64,000 bases of DNA from a virus, in IMG/VR virus record IMGVR_UViG_3300046820_000495, positions 11,203-75,202 of that record, one strand, 5' to 3'. The number at the start of each line of letters is the position of its first letter. Positions within the stretch are counted from its first letter, which is position 1. The notes beneath the pieces were generated by a model. It did not search any database, had not been told where the DNA came from, and was given only the letters and a program-made list of their open reading frames with translations. The translations under genes were made by a program, and so were the position numbers. Shown piece after piece: positions 1-9,526 of the stretch.

Positions 1-762
1 GCGGTAACGTGTACCAGCAAGTAATTTGCCCATATCTAAACTGTAAACAGTTTTCTTCTTTAACACTTCTGGTACTTCATTGCGAATAATAGCTACAGCA
101 AGTCCTTCTACAATAGCTGTTTTACCTACACCAGGTTCACCAACCATGATAGCATTGTTTTTCTTTTTACGAGTAAGTGTCTGTGCAAGTCGGAACACTT
201 CTTTCTCACGACCAATCAAGGGATCGATCAGTTGCTTTTCAGCACTCTTATTCAAGTTAGTAGTATACTTGCTGAGTACTTTTTCACTATCACGTTTCTT
301 AGCGACCTTGCTTTCCTTGCTACGGCCATCTTTTAGTTTACCAACATAGGTAATGATAGCATCTTTGGTAACACCATTCTTGGCAAGGAAGAAGTTGGCA
401 TGGCTATTCTTTTCACTTGCAATACTGATCAGCAAGTCTAGTGGCTCCATGTGTCCACGGCCAGTAAAGATAGCCTGTGTGTATGCACGATTAAAGCATC
501 GTTCTAAGGTAGCTGTTTTGCGTGGTTTGGTTACACCCTCAACACGGATGTCTTCTTGGTCCCGTAACCACATATCAATTTCATCACGCAGGCCCATTAC
601 ATCTACTTGTAATTCACCAAGGATGTCTTTAATTTCTTCTTCTTCTAGCATGACACGTAGTATGTGCTCTAGTGTAACATACTCATGTTCACGGTTCAAT
701 GCATCTTGGAATGCACGAGCAATAACTTCATTAATGCGTCCGTTGTTTTCTTCTTGATTCAT
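1..762 (-). CDS. clpA: ATP-dependent Clp protease ATPase ClpA (5' part; runs off window start)
   Basis: Not in ORF track. Manual translation from ATG at 762: [14 protein letters not shown]...HEYVTLEH (Clp N-domain)...IDPLIGRE...[24 protein letters not shown] (Walker A)...[13 protein letters not shown]. Confidence 0.93.
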   Translation of the reverse strand, partial: MNQEENNGRINEVIARAFQDALNREHEYVTLEHILRVMLEEEEIKDILGELQVDVMGLRDEIDMWLRDQEDIRVEGVTKPRKTATLERCFNRAYTQAIFTGRGHMEPLDLLISIASEKNSHANFFLAKNGVTKDAIITYVGKLKDGRSKESKVAKKRDSEKVLSKYTTNLNKSAEKQLIDPLIGREKEVFRLAQTLTRKKKNNAIMVGEPGVGKTAIVEGLAVAIIRNEVPEVLKKKTVYSLDMGKLLAGTRYR

Positions 763-782
763 AACTACCTTTTCAATTTGAA

Positions 783-788
783 TATTTA
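783..788 (-). promoter_or_regulatory. T4-late-like promoter TAAATA upstream of clpA
   Basis: TAAATA 20 nt before the clpA ATG; the same hexamer recurs before many genes. Confidence 0.55.
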
Positions 789-793
789 TTGTA

Positions 794-1609
794 CTACTTT
801 TCCGCTTGTAGGTCAATGACCGTTTTGTCCTGATCCTCTGGATTTAGCTTAGGAATAGATACTTCCAATGTTATAAAAGCATTTCCCCTGGCACTTGTTC
901 CCCTGACGTTAAATCCACGATTACGCAACCTAAGTTGTGATCCTGGTTGACTACCAGCAGGCACAGCAATTTGTATCACTGAGCCATCAATGTCTGTAAT
1001 TTCAACATCAGAGCCAAACATTGCTTGCCATACACTTATACGCATAGTGGCATGTAAATCGCGATGTACAAGGTTCCAGAATTTATGTGTTTCAACTTTT
1101 ATTTTTGCATACAAATCGCCTGGCGGCTGATCCTTTATAAGCTGACCGCCATCTCCTGCAAAGCGTATTTTAATATCTTCTGTGCTTCCGGGCGGAAATG
1201 TGATTTTCATTTCCTTTTCTGTACCGTCGGGCATGGTAAATGCTACATCTTTAGTAAATCCTGAATGCGCTTCTTCTAGTGTACAAGGTATTGAAATGTT
1301 TATATCTGGATTTTTAATTTCTGGTTCACGCCAGTCATCAAAGTTCCAATTACCGCCACGTTGTGTGCGTCTAATGATGTCATTTAAATCATTAAAGCCG
1401 CCAAATGGGCCACTGCCACGGAAGCCATTGAAGTTAGAAGTGTTGGCTCTACCCGAAGTGATAGCTTCGTATGCTTCTTTAATCTTTTTAAATTCTGCTT
1501 CACTACCACCGCGGTCGGGGTGGTGCTTCATTGCTAGCTTGCGGTAAGCCTGTTTGACTTCATCTGCGGTAGCATTTGATTCTAAGCCTAACGTTTTGTA
1601 ATAGTTCAT
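794..1609 (-). CDS. dnaJ: DnaJ/CbpA-like class B J-domain chaperone
   Basis: J-domain with HHPD, G/F-rich linker, C-terminal PGDLY domain, no zinc finger. Confidence 0.92.
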   Translation of the reverse strand: MNYYKTLGLESNATADEVKQAYRKLAMKHHPDRGGSEAEFKKIKEAYEAITSGRANTSNFNGFRGSGPFGGFNDLNDIIRRTQRGGNWNFDDWREPEIKNPDINISIPCTLEEAHSGFTKDVAFTMPDGTEKEMKITFPPGSTEDIKIRFAGDGGQLIKDQPPGDLYAKIKVETHKFWNLVHRDLHATMRISVWQAMFGSDVEITDIDGSVIQIAVPAGSQPGSQLRLRNRGFNVRGTSARGNAFITLEVSIPKLNPEDQDKTVIDLQAEK

Positions 1610-1618
1610 AGCCTTAAC

Positions 1619-1647
1619 ATTATAACACTAAAAAGTTATAGTGTCAA
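1619..1647 (-). promoter_or_regulatory. sigma70 promoter for dnaJ (near-leaderless)
   Basis: TTGACA-17nt-TATAAT, then 9 nt to ATG. Confidence 0.85.
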
Positions 1648-1650
1648 GGG

Positions 1651-1923
1651 TCACTTTACTTCTTCGAAAATTTTCTTTTGGTCTCTATACCAGGCCCTCC
1701 AAGCATCAACTTTAACAGAACACTCATAGTATGCTGTATAGTTTTCGCTAACGGTCCTGGCAATTTCACTCAAGGAAGATTTTTCGTTGTCTAATTTTCT
1801 TAGTGGAAGGCAACGTTCGTAAATGATTTCCGGTGCTTCTGGAAACTTTTGTCTAACTGGTACCGCTGTAGTAGAGCAACCAGTTAGTAGAGCCAATGCT
1901 ACAATAGATAATGTGTATTTCAT
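1651..1923 (-). CDS. o-spanin (Rz1-like outer-membrane lipoprotein)
   Basis: Signal peptide with lipobox LLTGC, Pro-rich segment, extra Cys; overlaps the upstream i-spanin. Confidence 0.75.
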   Translation of the reverse strand: MKYTLSIVALALLTGCSTTAVPVRQKFPEAPEIIYERCLPLRKLDNEKSSLSEIARTVSENYTAYYECSVKVDAWRAWYRDQKKIFEEVK

Positions 1924-2399
1924 TTTTTAGCATCCTTTGACGTTGGTTTTTCGGCGGCCATGTTAACTGCTGTTATGAACTCTTTGGGGATTTCACATTG
2001 TCCTCCAGCGGCAAACTTTGTATCATACTTGACAATTTCTCTGTCAACGTACTTGACAACTTCGTCGCCCTTTTCTTTGACTACTTTAACTTTGTCAACG
2101 TACTTGGTAATAACTTTAACGTTTTGTGTTGCGGCTTTGGCTTCTGCTTGGGCAACTTTTTGCTCTGCTTCGGCAACCTTTGCTTTCCACTCTGTATCTT
2201 TGGCAATGCCGCCTTCGTACCATACACCTAGTACAGTAAGAACTACACCTACCATCTGCAATGGCACACGATATTGCATTGCCATGGGAATGAATCTAAC
2301 TGGCAATACCTTAATCATCCAGCTGGCCACAAGAGCAAGCAAACCTAGAATTAGCACTAGGTGAAAAACAACGTCAGGCAACCAGTTTAATATCCACAT
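1920..2399 (-). CDS. i-spanin (Rz-like)
   Basis: N-terminal TM segments, coiled coil, VITKYVDKVKVV beta region, C-terminal Cys. Confidence 0.72.
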   Translation of the reverse strand: MWILNWLPDVVFHLVLILGLLALVASWMIKVLPVRFIPMAMQYRVPLQMVGVVLTVLGVWYEGGIAKDTEWKAKVAEAEQKVAQAEAKAATQNVKVITKYVDKVKVVKEKGDEVVKYVDREIVKYDTKFAAGGQCEIPKEFITAVNMAAEKPTSKDAKK

Positions 2400-2407
2400 G
2401 TTTATTT

Positions 2408-2629
2408 TTATCCTTTATGTCGGTATATGATCCTACCTTTTGAAGTGTCATATACACTCATTTCTACATCAACTGCATCTCCTGGTATGATTGTAATTCT
2501 ATTCATACGCAGTTTTCCTGCTAAGTGTCCTAAAATACTTTGCCCTGTTTCTAAATCAATTTGGAACTGAGCATTGGGTAGGGCTTCTGTTACTCTGCCC
2601 CTTAGAGTAAAATTATCTTGTTTCGACAC
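2408..2629 (-). CDS. infA: Translation initiation factor IF-1
   Basis: GRVTEALPNAQF...GHLAGKLRMNRITIIPGDAVDVEMSVYDTSKGRIIYR. Confidence 0.95.
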   Translation of the reverse strand: MSKQDNFTLRGRVTEALPNAQFQIDLETGQSILGHLAGKLRMNRITIIPGDAVDVEMSVYDTSKGRIIYRHKG

Positions 2630-2631
2630 GT

Positions 2632-3120
2632 TTAATACTTTGTTAAGTTTTTCATTCGGAGGTACCAGGCCCTGGATTCTGGGGGTAAGTCATAAAGTTT
2701 TGGGTCTTGTACTATTGAAGCGTTTAAGTTGCCAATATTTAATTCTAGTCGTTTGCCATCCATGCCTACAAATTTCCAATCTTGAGCTTCTGTTGCATGT
2801 TCAATATCTTTTATAATGTCTATAATTTTCTGGTTTAGGCCTGGTAGCCTTTTTAATTCTATGTATACGTGAAACTTGCCGCTTTCATCACTGGCATCAC
2901 TGGCCTCAACATCCTCAATGCCGGCACTTGACCATTCTAAGTAGGCGCCTAAGTCAACAGCTACTTCGTTAGTTGAGCATTTGAATGCTATGACAACGGT
3001 TTCGCTTTCGGTGCCAAGCTTAGGCTTATAACGGTCAATCTCAATTAACTCGTCAACGGTATTGCGTAGATCGCCTTCGCGAAGGCTTTCATTAAGCTTG
3101 TACTTCTTGACCTTGTTCAT
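2632..3120 (-). CDS. Hypothetical protein
   Basis: 162 aa ORF in tightly packed operon. Confidence 0.7.
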   Translation of the reverse strand: MNKVKKYKLNESLREGDLRNTVDELIEIDRYKPKLGTESETVVIAFKCSTNEVAVDLGAYLEWSSAGIEDVEASDASDESGKFHVYIELKRLPGLNQKIIDIIKDIEHATEAQDWKFVGMDGKRLELNIGNLNASIVQDPKLYDLPPESRAWYLRMKNLTKY

Positions 3121-3652
3121 TCTGTGGGACTTCTTCTGGTGGTGCGTCTTGCTCGTTCTTTAAGCCATTTTCGCCATCTAACTCTTCATCGTATGCGGCT
3201 TCAATGCTGTCATAATCAACATCATCTAAGTCTTTGATATCTTCGCTTACGTTTAACAATGCCTTTGGCACTCTTAAATTAACTAGCCAAACTTTTTTCT
3301 TGACTGGCCTTGGTACTTTTTGTCCCTCTTCATTTGTAATGACATCTTCGGGACCGTTTACCTTGGCAAATGTAGTTAATGTATCTTCGCCAAACTTGAC
3401 CTTACATCCACTTTTAATCAAACGCATAGCGGCATCTGGATTTGGCATAAGCTTGCGAGGGTACATTAGTGTTAGTTCGACCCAGTGACGCTCAACAAAT
3501 GGACCATCTACAATCTCACCTTTAATCCAGTTTTCGTAGGCATAAACATCCATACGGTCTAATACACGGTCAATTTCAACTAACGTGTCAATAACGTTAG
3601 GACTACGGTGTATTGTGTCTAGGTTTTTGTAAATTAAATCTTGTGTTGGCAT
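3092..3652 (-). CDS. Hypothetical protein with acidic C-terminus
   Basis: 186 aa ORF; TAAATA at 3660-3665, 7 nt before ATG. Confidence 0.72.
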   Translation of the reverse strand: MPTQDLIYKNLDTIHRSPNVIDTLVEIDRVLDRMDVYAYENWIKGEIVDGPFVERHWVELTLMYPRKLMPNPDAAMRLIKSGCKVKFGEDTLTTFAKVNGPEDVITNEEGQKVPRPVKKKVWLVNLRVPKALLNVSEDIKDLDDVDYDSIEAAYDEELDGENGLKNEQDAPPEEVPQNEQGQEVQA

Positions 3653-3821
3653 AGTCAGATATTTAGCTCTTTATTGCCATTACCCTAGCCAAGATTGTGG
3701 TCTGGCTTAAATACTTTTGGTTCAGCGATGAATCAACCCTGACGTAGTTGGGTTGACATTTGAAGAAATCTATTATTTTTAACATAAATCAGCCCTTTGC
3801 GTTAGTTTGTAAAGGAGCAAG

Positions 3822-4580
3822 ATGAGAAATAAGCAAAAACGTGTCCCACAGCAGGACCGTAAAGCGGCGTTTGATGGCAACGCAGTTATAGATTTGAATC
3901 ATTTTCGAGACACCGACACAAAACCATCCAAGTATAAACGAGTGGAAATTACGCCACGTAATTTGCGCCAGGAAGACTATCTGGCTCACTTAGAAAACTC
4001 CCGCAAAGACATGGTATTTGCCCTAGGACCAGCTGGTACGGGTAAAACGCTCATCGCCACGTTATGGGCAGTAAAGCAATTAAAAGCAGGTGCAATTGAT
4101 CGCATAGTAATCACTAGACCAGCAGTCAGTGTTGATGAACAACACGGCTTCTTACCAGGTGATCTAATGAGTAAAATGGCTCCATGGACTCGTCCTGTTT
4201 TTGATGTGTTCCGAGAATACTGGAATGCCAAGCAGATTGAAGGCATGATTGCCGAAGGTATAATAGAAGTTGCTCCTCTAGCATACATGCGCGGCCGCAC
4301 TTTTAAAGATAGTGTTGTCATTGCAGACGAAATGCAAAATGCCACAGCCAGTCAAATGAAGATGTTACTTACACGCATAGGTGACGGTAGCAAGTTTGTT
4401 ATTACTGGTGACCTTGGACAACACGATCGAGGATACGAGCACAATGGCCTTAAAGACTTTATGGAAAAACTTATCAACAACGATAGATCCAGTAGACTTG
4501 CTGTTGTAAAGTTTGAAGTGGCTCATGTAGAACGTCATCCTGCTGTAGCTCAGGTGTTAGGAGTTTATAACGAAGACTGA
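3822..4580 (+). CDS. phoH: PhoH-like ATPase
   Basis: GPAGTGKT, ITRPAV, GFLPGD, AYMRGRT, DEMQN, LLTRIG, GDLGQHD, RHP motifs. Confidence 0.95.
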   Translation: MRNKQKRVPQQDRKAAFDGNAVIDLNHFRDTDTKPSKYKRVEITPRNLRQEDYLAHLENSRKDMVFALGPAGTGKTLIATLWAVKQLKAGAIDRIVITRPAVSVDEQHGFLPGDLMSKMAPWTRPVFDVFREYWNAKQIEGMIAEGIIEVAPLAYMRGRTFKDSVVIADEMQNATASQMKMLLTRIGDGSKFVITGDLGQHDRGYEHNGLKDFMEKLINNDRSSRLAVVKFEVAHVERHPAVAQVLGVYNED

Positions 4581-5149
4581 ACTAACTTGTAAATTTCAGC
4601 CCAGTCATTAACCACTGGGACTGCACCTTTGTAATCTGCGTTATGGGGGACGGACATTAAAAGTGGTCGTAACCCATAACCTAATCCAAGTTCTGCGTTT
4701 GACGGTTTGTCTTCAATCCAAAACAATTTACTGTCTTGATAGTTCTTAAGTACCACGCCTTTGTCGCTATGTAAAGGCAAAATGTGTATTTCATTAAAAA
4801 TACCTTCGCCAAAGATTTTATCTAAATTGCTTTTGCGAAGGCCCGGCGTCCACGGATGGGTTCCTGCTGTTGTAATGATTATAAAGTTCCATCCTTCAGT
4901 ATGCAGGCGCTGTACAAACTTAACGCTGTCTTTCCATGCGGGTAATGATTCAAAGTCACTGCTAGAATTAAACTTAGCAATCAGTTCTACACTTTGTTCA
5001 TAGGAGATTCCATACTGCTCTCTAATGCCGTATACGTTAAGGCAATGTGGGTTAAGCCTATAACCAAGCCGTTCCATCCAAGGACGAAACTTAATTTCCC
5101 AATCTAGTAATACCCCATCGCAATCAGTTAAAATAGTTTTATTAACCAC
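4565..5149 (-). CDS. HAD-superfamily hydrolase (T4 gp30.2-like nucleotidase)
   Basis: LTDCDGVL motif I, WIEDK motif IV. Confidence 0.8.
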   Translation of the reverse strand: MVNKTILTDCDGVLLDWEIKFRPWMERLGYRLNPHCLNVYGIREQYGISYEQSVELIAKFNSSSDFESLPAWKDSVKFVQRLHTEGWNFIIITTAGTHPWTPGLRKSNLDKIFGEGIFNEIHILPLHSDKGVVLKNYQDSKLFWIEDKPSNAELGLGYGLRPLLMSVPHNADYKGAVPVVNDWAEIYKLVQSSL

Positions 5150-6065
5150 GTACCAACCTCTCTAGTTCAACAAACGTTGCACTTAAATTAATCTCTGCAT
5201 CTGCTACCAAGCCGTGGTTAACTAAACCTTTGCGAACAATTAACAATGCTTGATCTTGTGTATCTACATCCGCACCCCATAGATCCAAATTGCGATACAT
5301 GAAGCGATACATATCCTCATATTCTTCTAAGCTAATCTGTTTGATGATCAAGTTACGTGCTTCACGCAACCTACCTTGCCTAAACAAATCTACCATGGCA
5401 AGTTTATAATCACTTTCGGCATCTTCTTCTTTGGGTGCTTCTAGGTTACCAGTTACACTACGCATTTGGATAGTGTTAATGCCCTTACGCAAATCTGGGA
5501 AACAGGCTTTGACATAAAGCTCTAAAGTTTCCTTGTCTGTTGTGATGCCTTCCTTGTACAGGATCAAGGCCAGCTGTCTAAGATAGCCTTCCTCATCCAA
5601 TGTCTTAAAGCTGATGGTCTGACAACGACTATGTAATGCAGGGATAATCTTGTTGGGATAGTTGCAAGTTAAAATAAATCTAACGTTCTCGCTGTACTGT
5701 TCAATCATACCACGCAAGATGCCCTGCGCTGGCTGTGAAATGTAGTCAGCTTCATCTAGTAGCACAATCTTAAAAGGACCCATACTCATGGTGCTACAAA
5801 AGTTGGCAATCTTACCACGCAGGTCATCTACGCTGTTGTCACGACTTGCATTAATGTGCAAGAATTCACTGGGCTCAATGCCAAGAGCATTTACAAGAAC
5901 CTTAGCAAGAGTTGTTTTGCCTGCACCAGCTTTACCTGCTAGCAACAGGTGTGGAATGTAGTTGTCTTTAATCCAACTCTTGACCATGTTCTCTTGGTCG
6001 CTGTCAATCCAAACATAATCATCAACAGTAGTTGGGCGATACTTCTCTACCCATAGTTCTTTCAT
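5142..6065 (-). CDS. Sliding-clamp loader AAA+ subunit (T4 gp44/RFC-like)
   Basis: LWVEKYRP, GKAGAGKTT, NASRD, LLDEAD, SRC motifs. Confidence 0.93.
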   Translation of the reverse strand: MKELWVEKYRPTTVDDYVWIDSDQENMVKSWIKDNYIPHLLLAGKAGAGKTTLAKVLVNALGIEPSEFLHINASRDNSVDDLRGKIANFCSTMSMGPFKIVLLDEADYISQPAQGILRGMIEQYSENVRFILTCNYPNKIIPALHSRCQTISFKTLDEEGYLRQLALILYKEGITTDKETLELYVKACFPDLRKGINTIQMRSVTGNLEAPKEEDAESDYKLAMVDLFRQGRLREARNLIIKQISLEEYEDMYRFMYRNLDLWGADVDTQDQALLIVRKGLVNHGLVADAEINLSATFVELERLVRG

Positions 6066-6268
6066 TTGTATTCCTTTGCCTTTAGTGGTTTAATTAGTGT
6101 GTTTAATTGGTCTGCACATTTTCTCAAATCTGCGGCAAGAGTGCCTCGCCCAATCTCATGCTCCACAAGTCGAGCAATATCATGAAGCTTAATAACGGCC
6201 TCAGTCAGTTCATAATCAGATTCAATCATAGCTTTTAAGTGTTTGTTTAATGTCTTTGTGTTTAACAA
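6062..6268 (-). CDS. Hypothetical protein
   Basis: ORF with ATGA overlap to the clamp loader. Confidence 0.55.
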   Translation of the reverse strand: MLNTKTLNKHLKAMIESDYELTEAVIKLHDIARLVEHEIGRGTLAADLRKCADQLNTLIKPLKAKEYK

Positions 6269-6479
6269 TTATAAACGATTTGTAGTCTTTGTCAACCTTC
6301 ATTGGAAGATCCAAGTGGATGGTTACCTCTGGGCCGTCAATGTTGTTAATAAGCCTGTCGTTACCTACTGTGCCAACGAATGGAATCTTCTTATAGTGAC
6401 CAAACACACGGTCGCCAATTTGATACTTGCCGCGATAGCCTATGCGTTCAAAGTAATCAGTTTGGCTTCCCATCACCAA
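6222..6479 (-). CDS. Hypothetical small SH3-like protein
   Basis: YQIGDRVFG pattern; operon packing. Confidence 0.6.
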   Translation of the reverse strand: MVMGSQTDYFERIGYRGKYQIGDRVFGHYKKIPFVGTVGNDRLINNIDGPEVTIHLDLPMKVDKDYKSFIIVKHKDIKQTLKSYD

Positions 6480-6670
6480 GATTCCACATCAGTGATATCG
6501 ATAGTGGTATCTTCTGGTTCAAATGTTTGATACTTTACTACAATGCCTAAACCAATACCAGACTGCTCATGTTCCCAGCTAAGTGTAAAGCTATCAACGT
6601 CATTTACCTTGTTAGCAAGCTCTCCTAGTTGCTGTATTTGTTTTCTAGATAATCTAATTGAACTTCTCAT
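6473..6670 (-). CDS. Hypothetical protein
   Basis: Operon packing. Confidence 0.6.
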   Translation of the reverse strand: MRSSIRLSRKQIQQLGELANKVNDVDSFTLSWEHEQSGIGLGIVVKYQTFEPEDTTIDITDVESW

Positions 6671-6834
6671 ACTAGTTCCTCAACAATGCCTAACACTTCT
6701 GCCATAATAAGACAGACGCCTGCCATTAGCAAGTTGCCTGTAATCAAACAGCCGCCTGCTACGATACGAATAGCACTCTTTGCAAGGCTAACATAAAAAT
6801 GCCCACGACTTATGTCTTTAGGTTGTACTTCCAT
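6667..6834 (-). CDS. Small hydrophobic protein (55 aa, not in ORF track)
   Basis: MEVQPKDISRGHFYVSLAKSAIRI...AEVLGIVEELV; overlaps both neighbours. Confidence 0.65.
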   Translation of the reverse strand: MEVQPKDISRGHFYVSLAKSAIRIVAGGCLITGNLLMAGVCLIMAEVLGIVEELV

Positions 6835-7055
6835 TATTCTTTTCCTTCTAATTTTTCTAAGAACACATCTTGATCATGTTCTCTCAACCATTCATCTTCG
6901 TCTACAAATGTTGAACATCTATTGAGTTGCTTTTTAACAGCCCAATAGATTTTATAAAGTTCTTGTTTATGCGGCCAGTTATAGTATCCGGTCATATTCG
7001 GATCTGTAGCTTTGTTGCCTAGCTTTTGGATTTCCCAAATGATATCATTTGTCAT
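6834..7055 (-). CDS. Hypothetical protein
   Basis: Operon packing. Confidence 0.6.
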   Translation of the reverse strand: MTNDIIWEIQKLGNKATDPNMTGYYNWPHKQELYKIYWAVKKQLNRCSTFVDEDEWLREHDQDVFLEKLEGKE

Positions 7056-7219
7056 TTTCCAAACAACTTTCTTATACTTGTAAACAAATTAAGAAACCTA
7101 GCCTTGTAAGGATCAGACAAGATCTGTTCTGCTAGGCTAGGATGGTGTGGGCAACGGCCCTGGTTGTAATCACACGATGGTGAATATGTCTTATGGCAAG
7201 TTGTGCATTTAGTATTCAT
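7052..7219 (-). CDS. Small Cys/His-rich (zinc-binding?) protein, leaderless
   Basis: MNTKCTTCHK...CDY...RCPHH; start reassigned to ATG 7219, directly after a promoter. Confidence 0.65.
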   Translation of the reverse strand: MNTKCTTCHKTYSPSCDYNQGRCPHHPSLAEQILSDPYKARFLNLFTSIRKLFGK

Positions 7220-7225
7220 GTCACT

Positions 7226-7254
7226 ATTATAGCGTACACAAATACTAAAGTCAA
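7226..7254 (-). promoter_or_regulatory. sigma70 promoter, leaderless
   Basis: TTGACT-17-TATAAT, then 6 nt to ATG. Confidence 0.8.
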
Positions 7255-7256
7255 TG

Positions 7257-7631
7257 TTATCGTGCGCCGAAATCTTCCGCTTTGGCGCCGTCGGGCTTGG
7301 TGTCAATGCCAACACCTACAAAGTCATCGTCTGGTAACTCATCTGTTACAATAAGACATTCCTTGTTATCCAGGTGGACCAACTTCATTTTTTCGCCGGC
7401 GTGTTCGCATTCAAACTGGCGGCTCCATCTGCCGTGTGCCACTAACACATATTGGCCTGGTCGCACCCAATCAATGCCCTCACCTACTAAACGGACTCGG
7501 GCCCAACGTGGGCGAATGCCACGGTCCTTGCCGTTTTCACTTTGAATAATAATACCGCTTGATGTGACTCGTTGTTCAAGCCCCATAAGTTCTGCTAATA
7601 CACGCTCTTGTAAAGGTCTAATGATTGGCAT
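7257..7631 (-). CDS. groES: GroES-like co-chaperonin
   Basis: IRPLQERVL...TSSGIII...VGEG...VRPGQYVL. Confidence 0.85.
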   Translation of the reverse strand: MPIIRPLQERVLAELMGLEQRVTSSGIIIQSENGKDRGIRPRWARVRLVGEGIDWVRPGQYVLVAHGRWSRQFECEHAGEKMKLVHLDNKECLIVTDELPDDDFVGVGIDTKPDGAKAEDFGAR

Positions 7632-8023
7632 TATAGGCTCGTTGGGGTTGGTGTAGATTTTGGAACAACTTGAATACTGCCATCGCTGTATTCAATCTCC
7701 GTAGACGTACCGCTTTCTGTTACAATATCACGAGTACCAACAATAGTAGGCCCTGTAGAACTTGGTGTACCGGTTGGTGCTGTGTTCTTAATTTCAGCAT
7801 CAGCTTTTAAACTAACCGATGATGTTTCATTGTTTTTAAGATTAGCACTTGCTCGTGAAATAACTTGGTTAGGAATCTTAACGTTTCCTCTAGAATCAAT
7901 GATGTCACCTCTGGCATTCATTGAAGCATTTCCAACAGCACGTACATCGCCATTTTTTTCTGCAAAGGCGGTCATGTTGAATTCTTTGCCCCTGTGCGTT
8001 TTGTATCTTGGTGTTACACTCAT
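7631..8023 (-). CDS. Hypothetical protein
   Basis: 130 aa, AVGNASMNARGD motif, Thr/Pro-rich. Confidence 0.7.
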   Translation of the reverse strand: MSVTPRYKTHRGKEFNMTAFAEKNGDVRAVGNASMNARGDIIDSRGNVKIPNQVISRASANLKNNETSSVSLKADAEIKNTAPTGTPSSTGPTIVGTRDIVTESGTSTEIEYSDGSIQVVPKSTPTPTSL

Positions 8024-8496
8024 CTAATAAACTCCTCTATTCCTAAGTTATACTTAATCGGATTGATCTGGTGGAGTCCAACCAAGTAAAGTAAAAACGA
8101 GCTAACTGAGCTACCTCGTCCAACTCCCCAAACAATCTTATGTTCTTCCATTAATTTTACTAAAAATATCATGAACCTTAGCATTGTTTCTAATCCACGT
8201 TCGCGGAACAATGCCAATTCCTCTGCTACTCTTATAGCTTCTTCTACAGTAGAAACCTTATTAGCAAAGTATATATCTAAGTCCATGGTCTTGTATTCTT
8301 CTGGCATATCCCATTTTGAACTTGCTTCCTCCAATGATTCTGGAAGTTCTTTAACGCTAAAGATAGGATCTTGCCCAAGCTTGTTGCAACCATCAAAGTA
8401 CAAACCAAGTATATCTGGCGTAACTGTTAACGGGCCTGCTTTGTCTTGGTAAAGTAACTCTACCAAATCTGATTCTTTTATCATTGTAGCTGGCAT
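8020..8496 (-). CDS. Stand-alone fragment of a DNA polymerase III alpha (DnaE)-like protein
   Basis: EELALF...WGVGRGSSVSSFLLYLVGLHQINPIKYNL matches the DnaE GRGS region; ORF ends before the catalytic aspartates. Confidence 0.8.
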   Translation of the reverse strand: MPATMIKESDLVELLYQDKAGPLTVTPDILGLYFDGCNKLGQDPIFSVKELPESLEEASSKWDMPEEYKTMDLDIYFANKVSTVEEAIRVAEELALFRERGLETMLRFMIFLVKLMEEHKIVWGVGRGSSVSSFLLYLVGLHQINPIKYNLGIEEFIR

Positions 8497-8497
8497 G

Positions 8498-8725
8498 TTA
8501 GGCAATGCTGTCGTTGAATTGGTCACCGTCTTTGTTGCTTGCTTCAAAGCTTTGTTTGTATCCAATTTCCCACATGGCGTGTTTAATTGCTTCCATGTGT
8601 GCTAACATTTGATTCATTACTTCATGACTAGCACCGCCTTGGAAAGCGGCGTTGTATTTTTTAGTAATAAATCTTTGACGCTCCATCAGTTGCTCAAAGT
8701 TCATTGCGCTGTAGTTTGGATCCAT
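8498..8725 (-). CDS. Hypothetical protein
   Basis: Start reassigned to ATG 8725, just after the erpA stop. Confidence 0.6.
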   Translation of the reverse strand: MDPNYSAMNFEQLMERQRFITKKYNAAFQGGASHEVMNQMLAHMEAIKHAMWEIGYKQSFEASNKDGDQFNDSIA

Positions 8726-8729
8726 ATTA

Positions 8730-9062
8730 TTATATACCTGGGCTAAAGCTACTTCCGCATCCACACGTGGTCTGCGCCATTGGATTTTCAATTACAAATC
8801 TAGATCCATTTATGTCATCTTTAAAATCAATAACAGCACCAGTTAGATACTGCATACTCATGGAATCAACTAATACTTTAACATCGTTTTGTTCAAATGT
8901 AAAGTCATCTTCATTTACTTCTTCGTCAAAAGTAAAACCATATTCCATACCCGAGCAGCCGCCGCCTTGCACAAACACTCTTAAGGCTGTGCCTGTTGGG
9001 ATAGAGTCTTCTAGCTTAATAGCTTTAACTCTACCAAATGCGCTATCTGTAATGTTAACCAT
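8730..9062 (-). CDS. erpA: A-type Fe-S carrier (ErpA/IscA/HesB family)
   Basis: [12 protein letters not shown]...[14 protein letters not shown]. Confidence 0.93.
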   Translation of the reverse strand: MVNITDSAFGRVKAIKLEDSIPTGTALRVFVQGGGCSGMEYGFTFDEEVNEDDFTFEQNDVKVLVDSMSMQYLTGAVIDFKDDINGSRFVIENPMAQTTCGCGSSFSPGI

Positions 9063-9063
9063 A

Positions 9064-9267
9064 TTATGACCTTATAATAATCTCAATAAGCTCTTCTCGC
9101 TTTTTACGAGTATTAATTGCTATGCCACGCTCTTTTGCATAAACAATCAATTGCTTTTTGGTAAATGTATTTAACTTATCTATGTCGTGCCGGACTTTTA
9201 CCACAAGAGGCGGCTTTTCTGTTTCACTTGTGATTTGTTGGTCCAGCCATGATTTAATGTTAGACAT
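9064..9267 (-). CDS. Small protein with Rho-N/HeH-like domain
   Basis: [18 protein letters not shown]...[11 protein letters not shown]. Confidence 0.55.
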   Translation of the reverse strand: MSNIKSWLDQQITSETEKPPLVVKVRHDIDKLNTFTKKQLIVYAKERGIAINTRKKREELIEIIIRS

Positions 9268-9526
9268 GATTCTCCCCAAAAAATAACTTGGCAAATAAAG
9301 CATCTTCTTTGTTTTCAAACAAAAGCCAGGCTTGACTGTCATTGAATCCCCAGCCTGTCCATTCCTTTGTTAGTTCCATTGCTTTTTCTAAGATCTGTTG
9401 TGGAATGCCTTGTATACTTTCCATGCCTGTTTGATCTACAACTGAAACAGCCCAAGCTTGGTCAGGCTTAGACCCTTCCAAGAAGCTGTATGTTTGATAC
9501 AAATCTTTAACAAAAATAAATTTCAT
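9260..9526 (-). CDS. Hypothetical protein
   Basis: Operon packing; FENKEDALFAKL tail. Confidence 0.6.
   Translation of the reverse strand: MKFIFVKDLYQTYSFLEGSKPDQAWAVSVVDQTGMESIQGIPQQILEKAMELTKEWTGWGFNDSQAWLLFENKEDALFAKLFFGENHV

Noticed and set aside
80-757. Plus-strand ORFs 80-349 and 353-757
   Set aside because: Antisense shadows of clpA, which the ORF track missed because it runs off the window.
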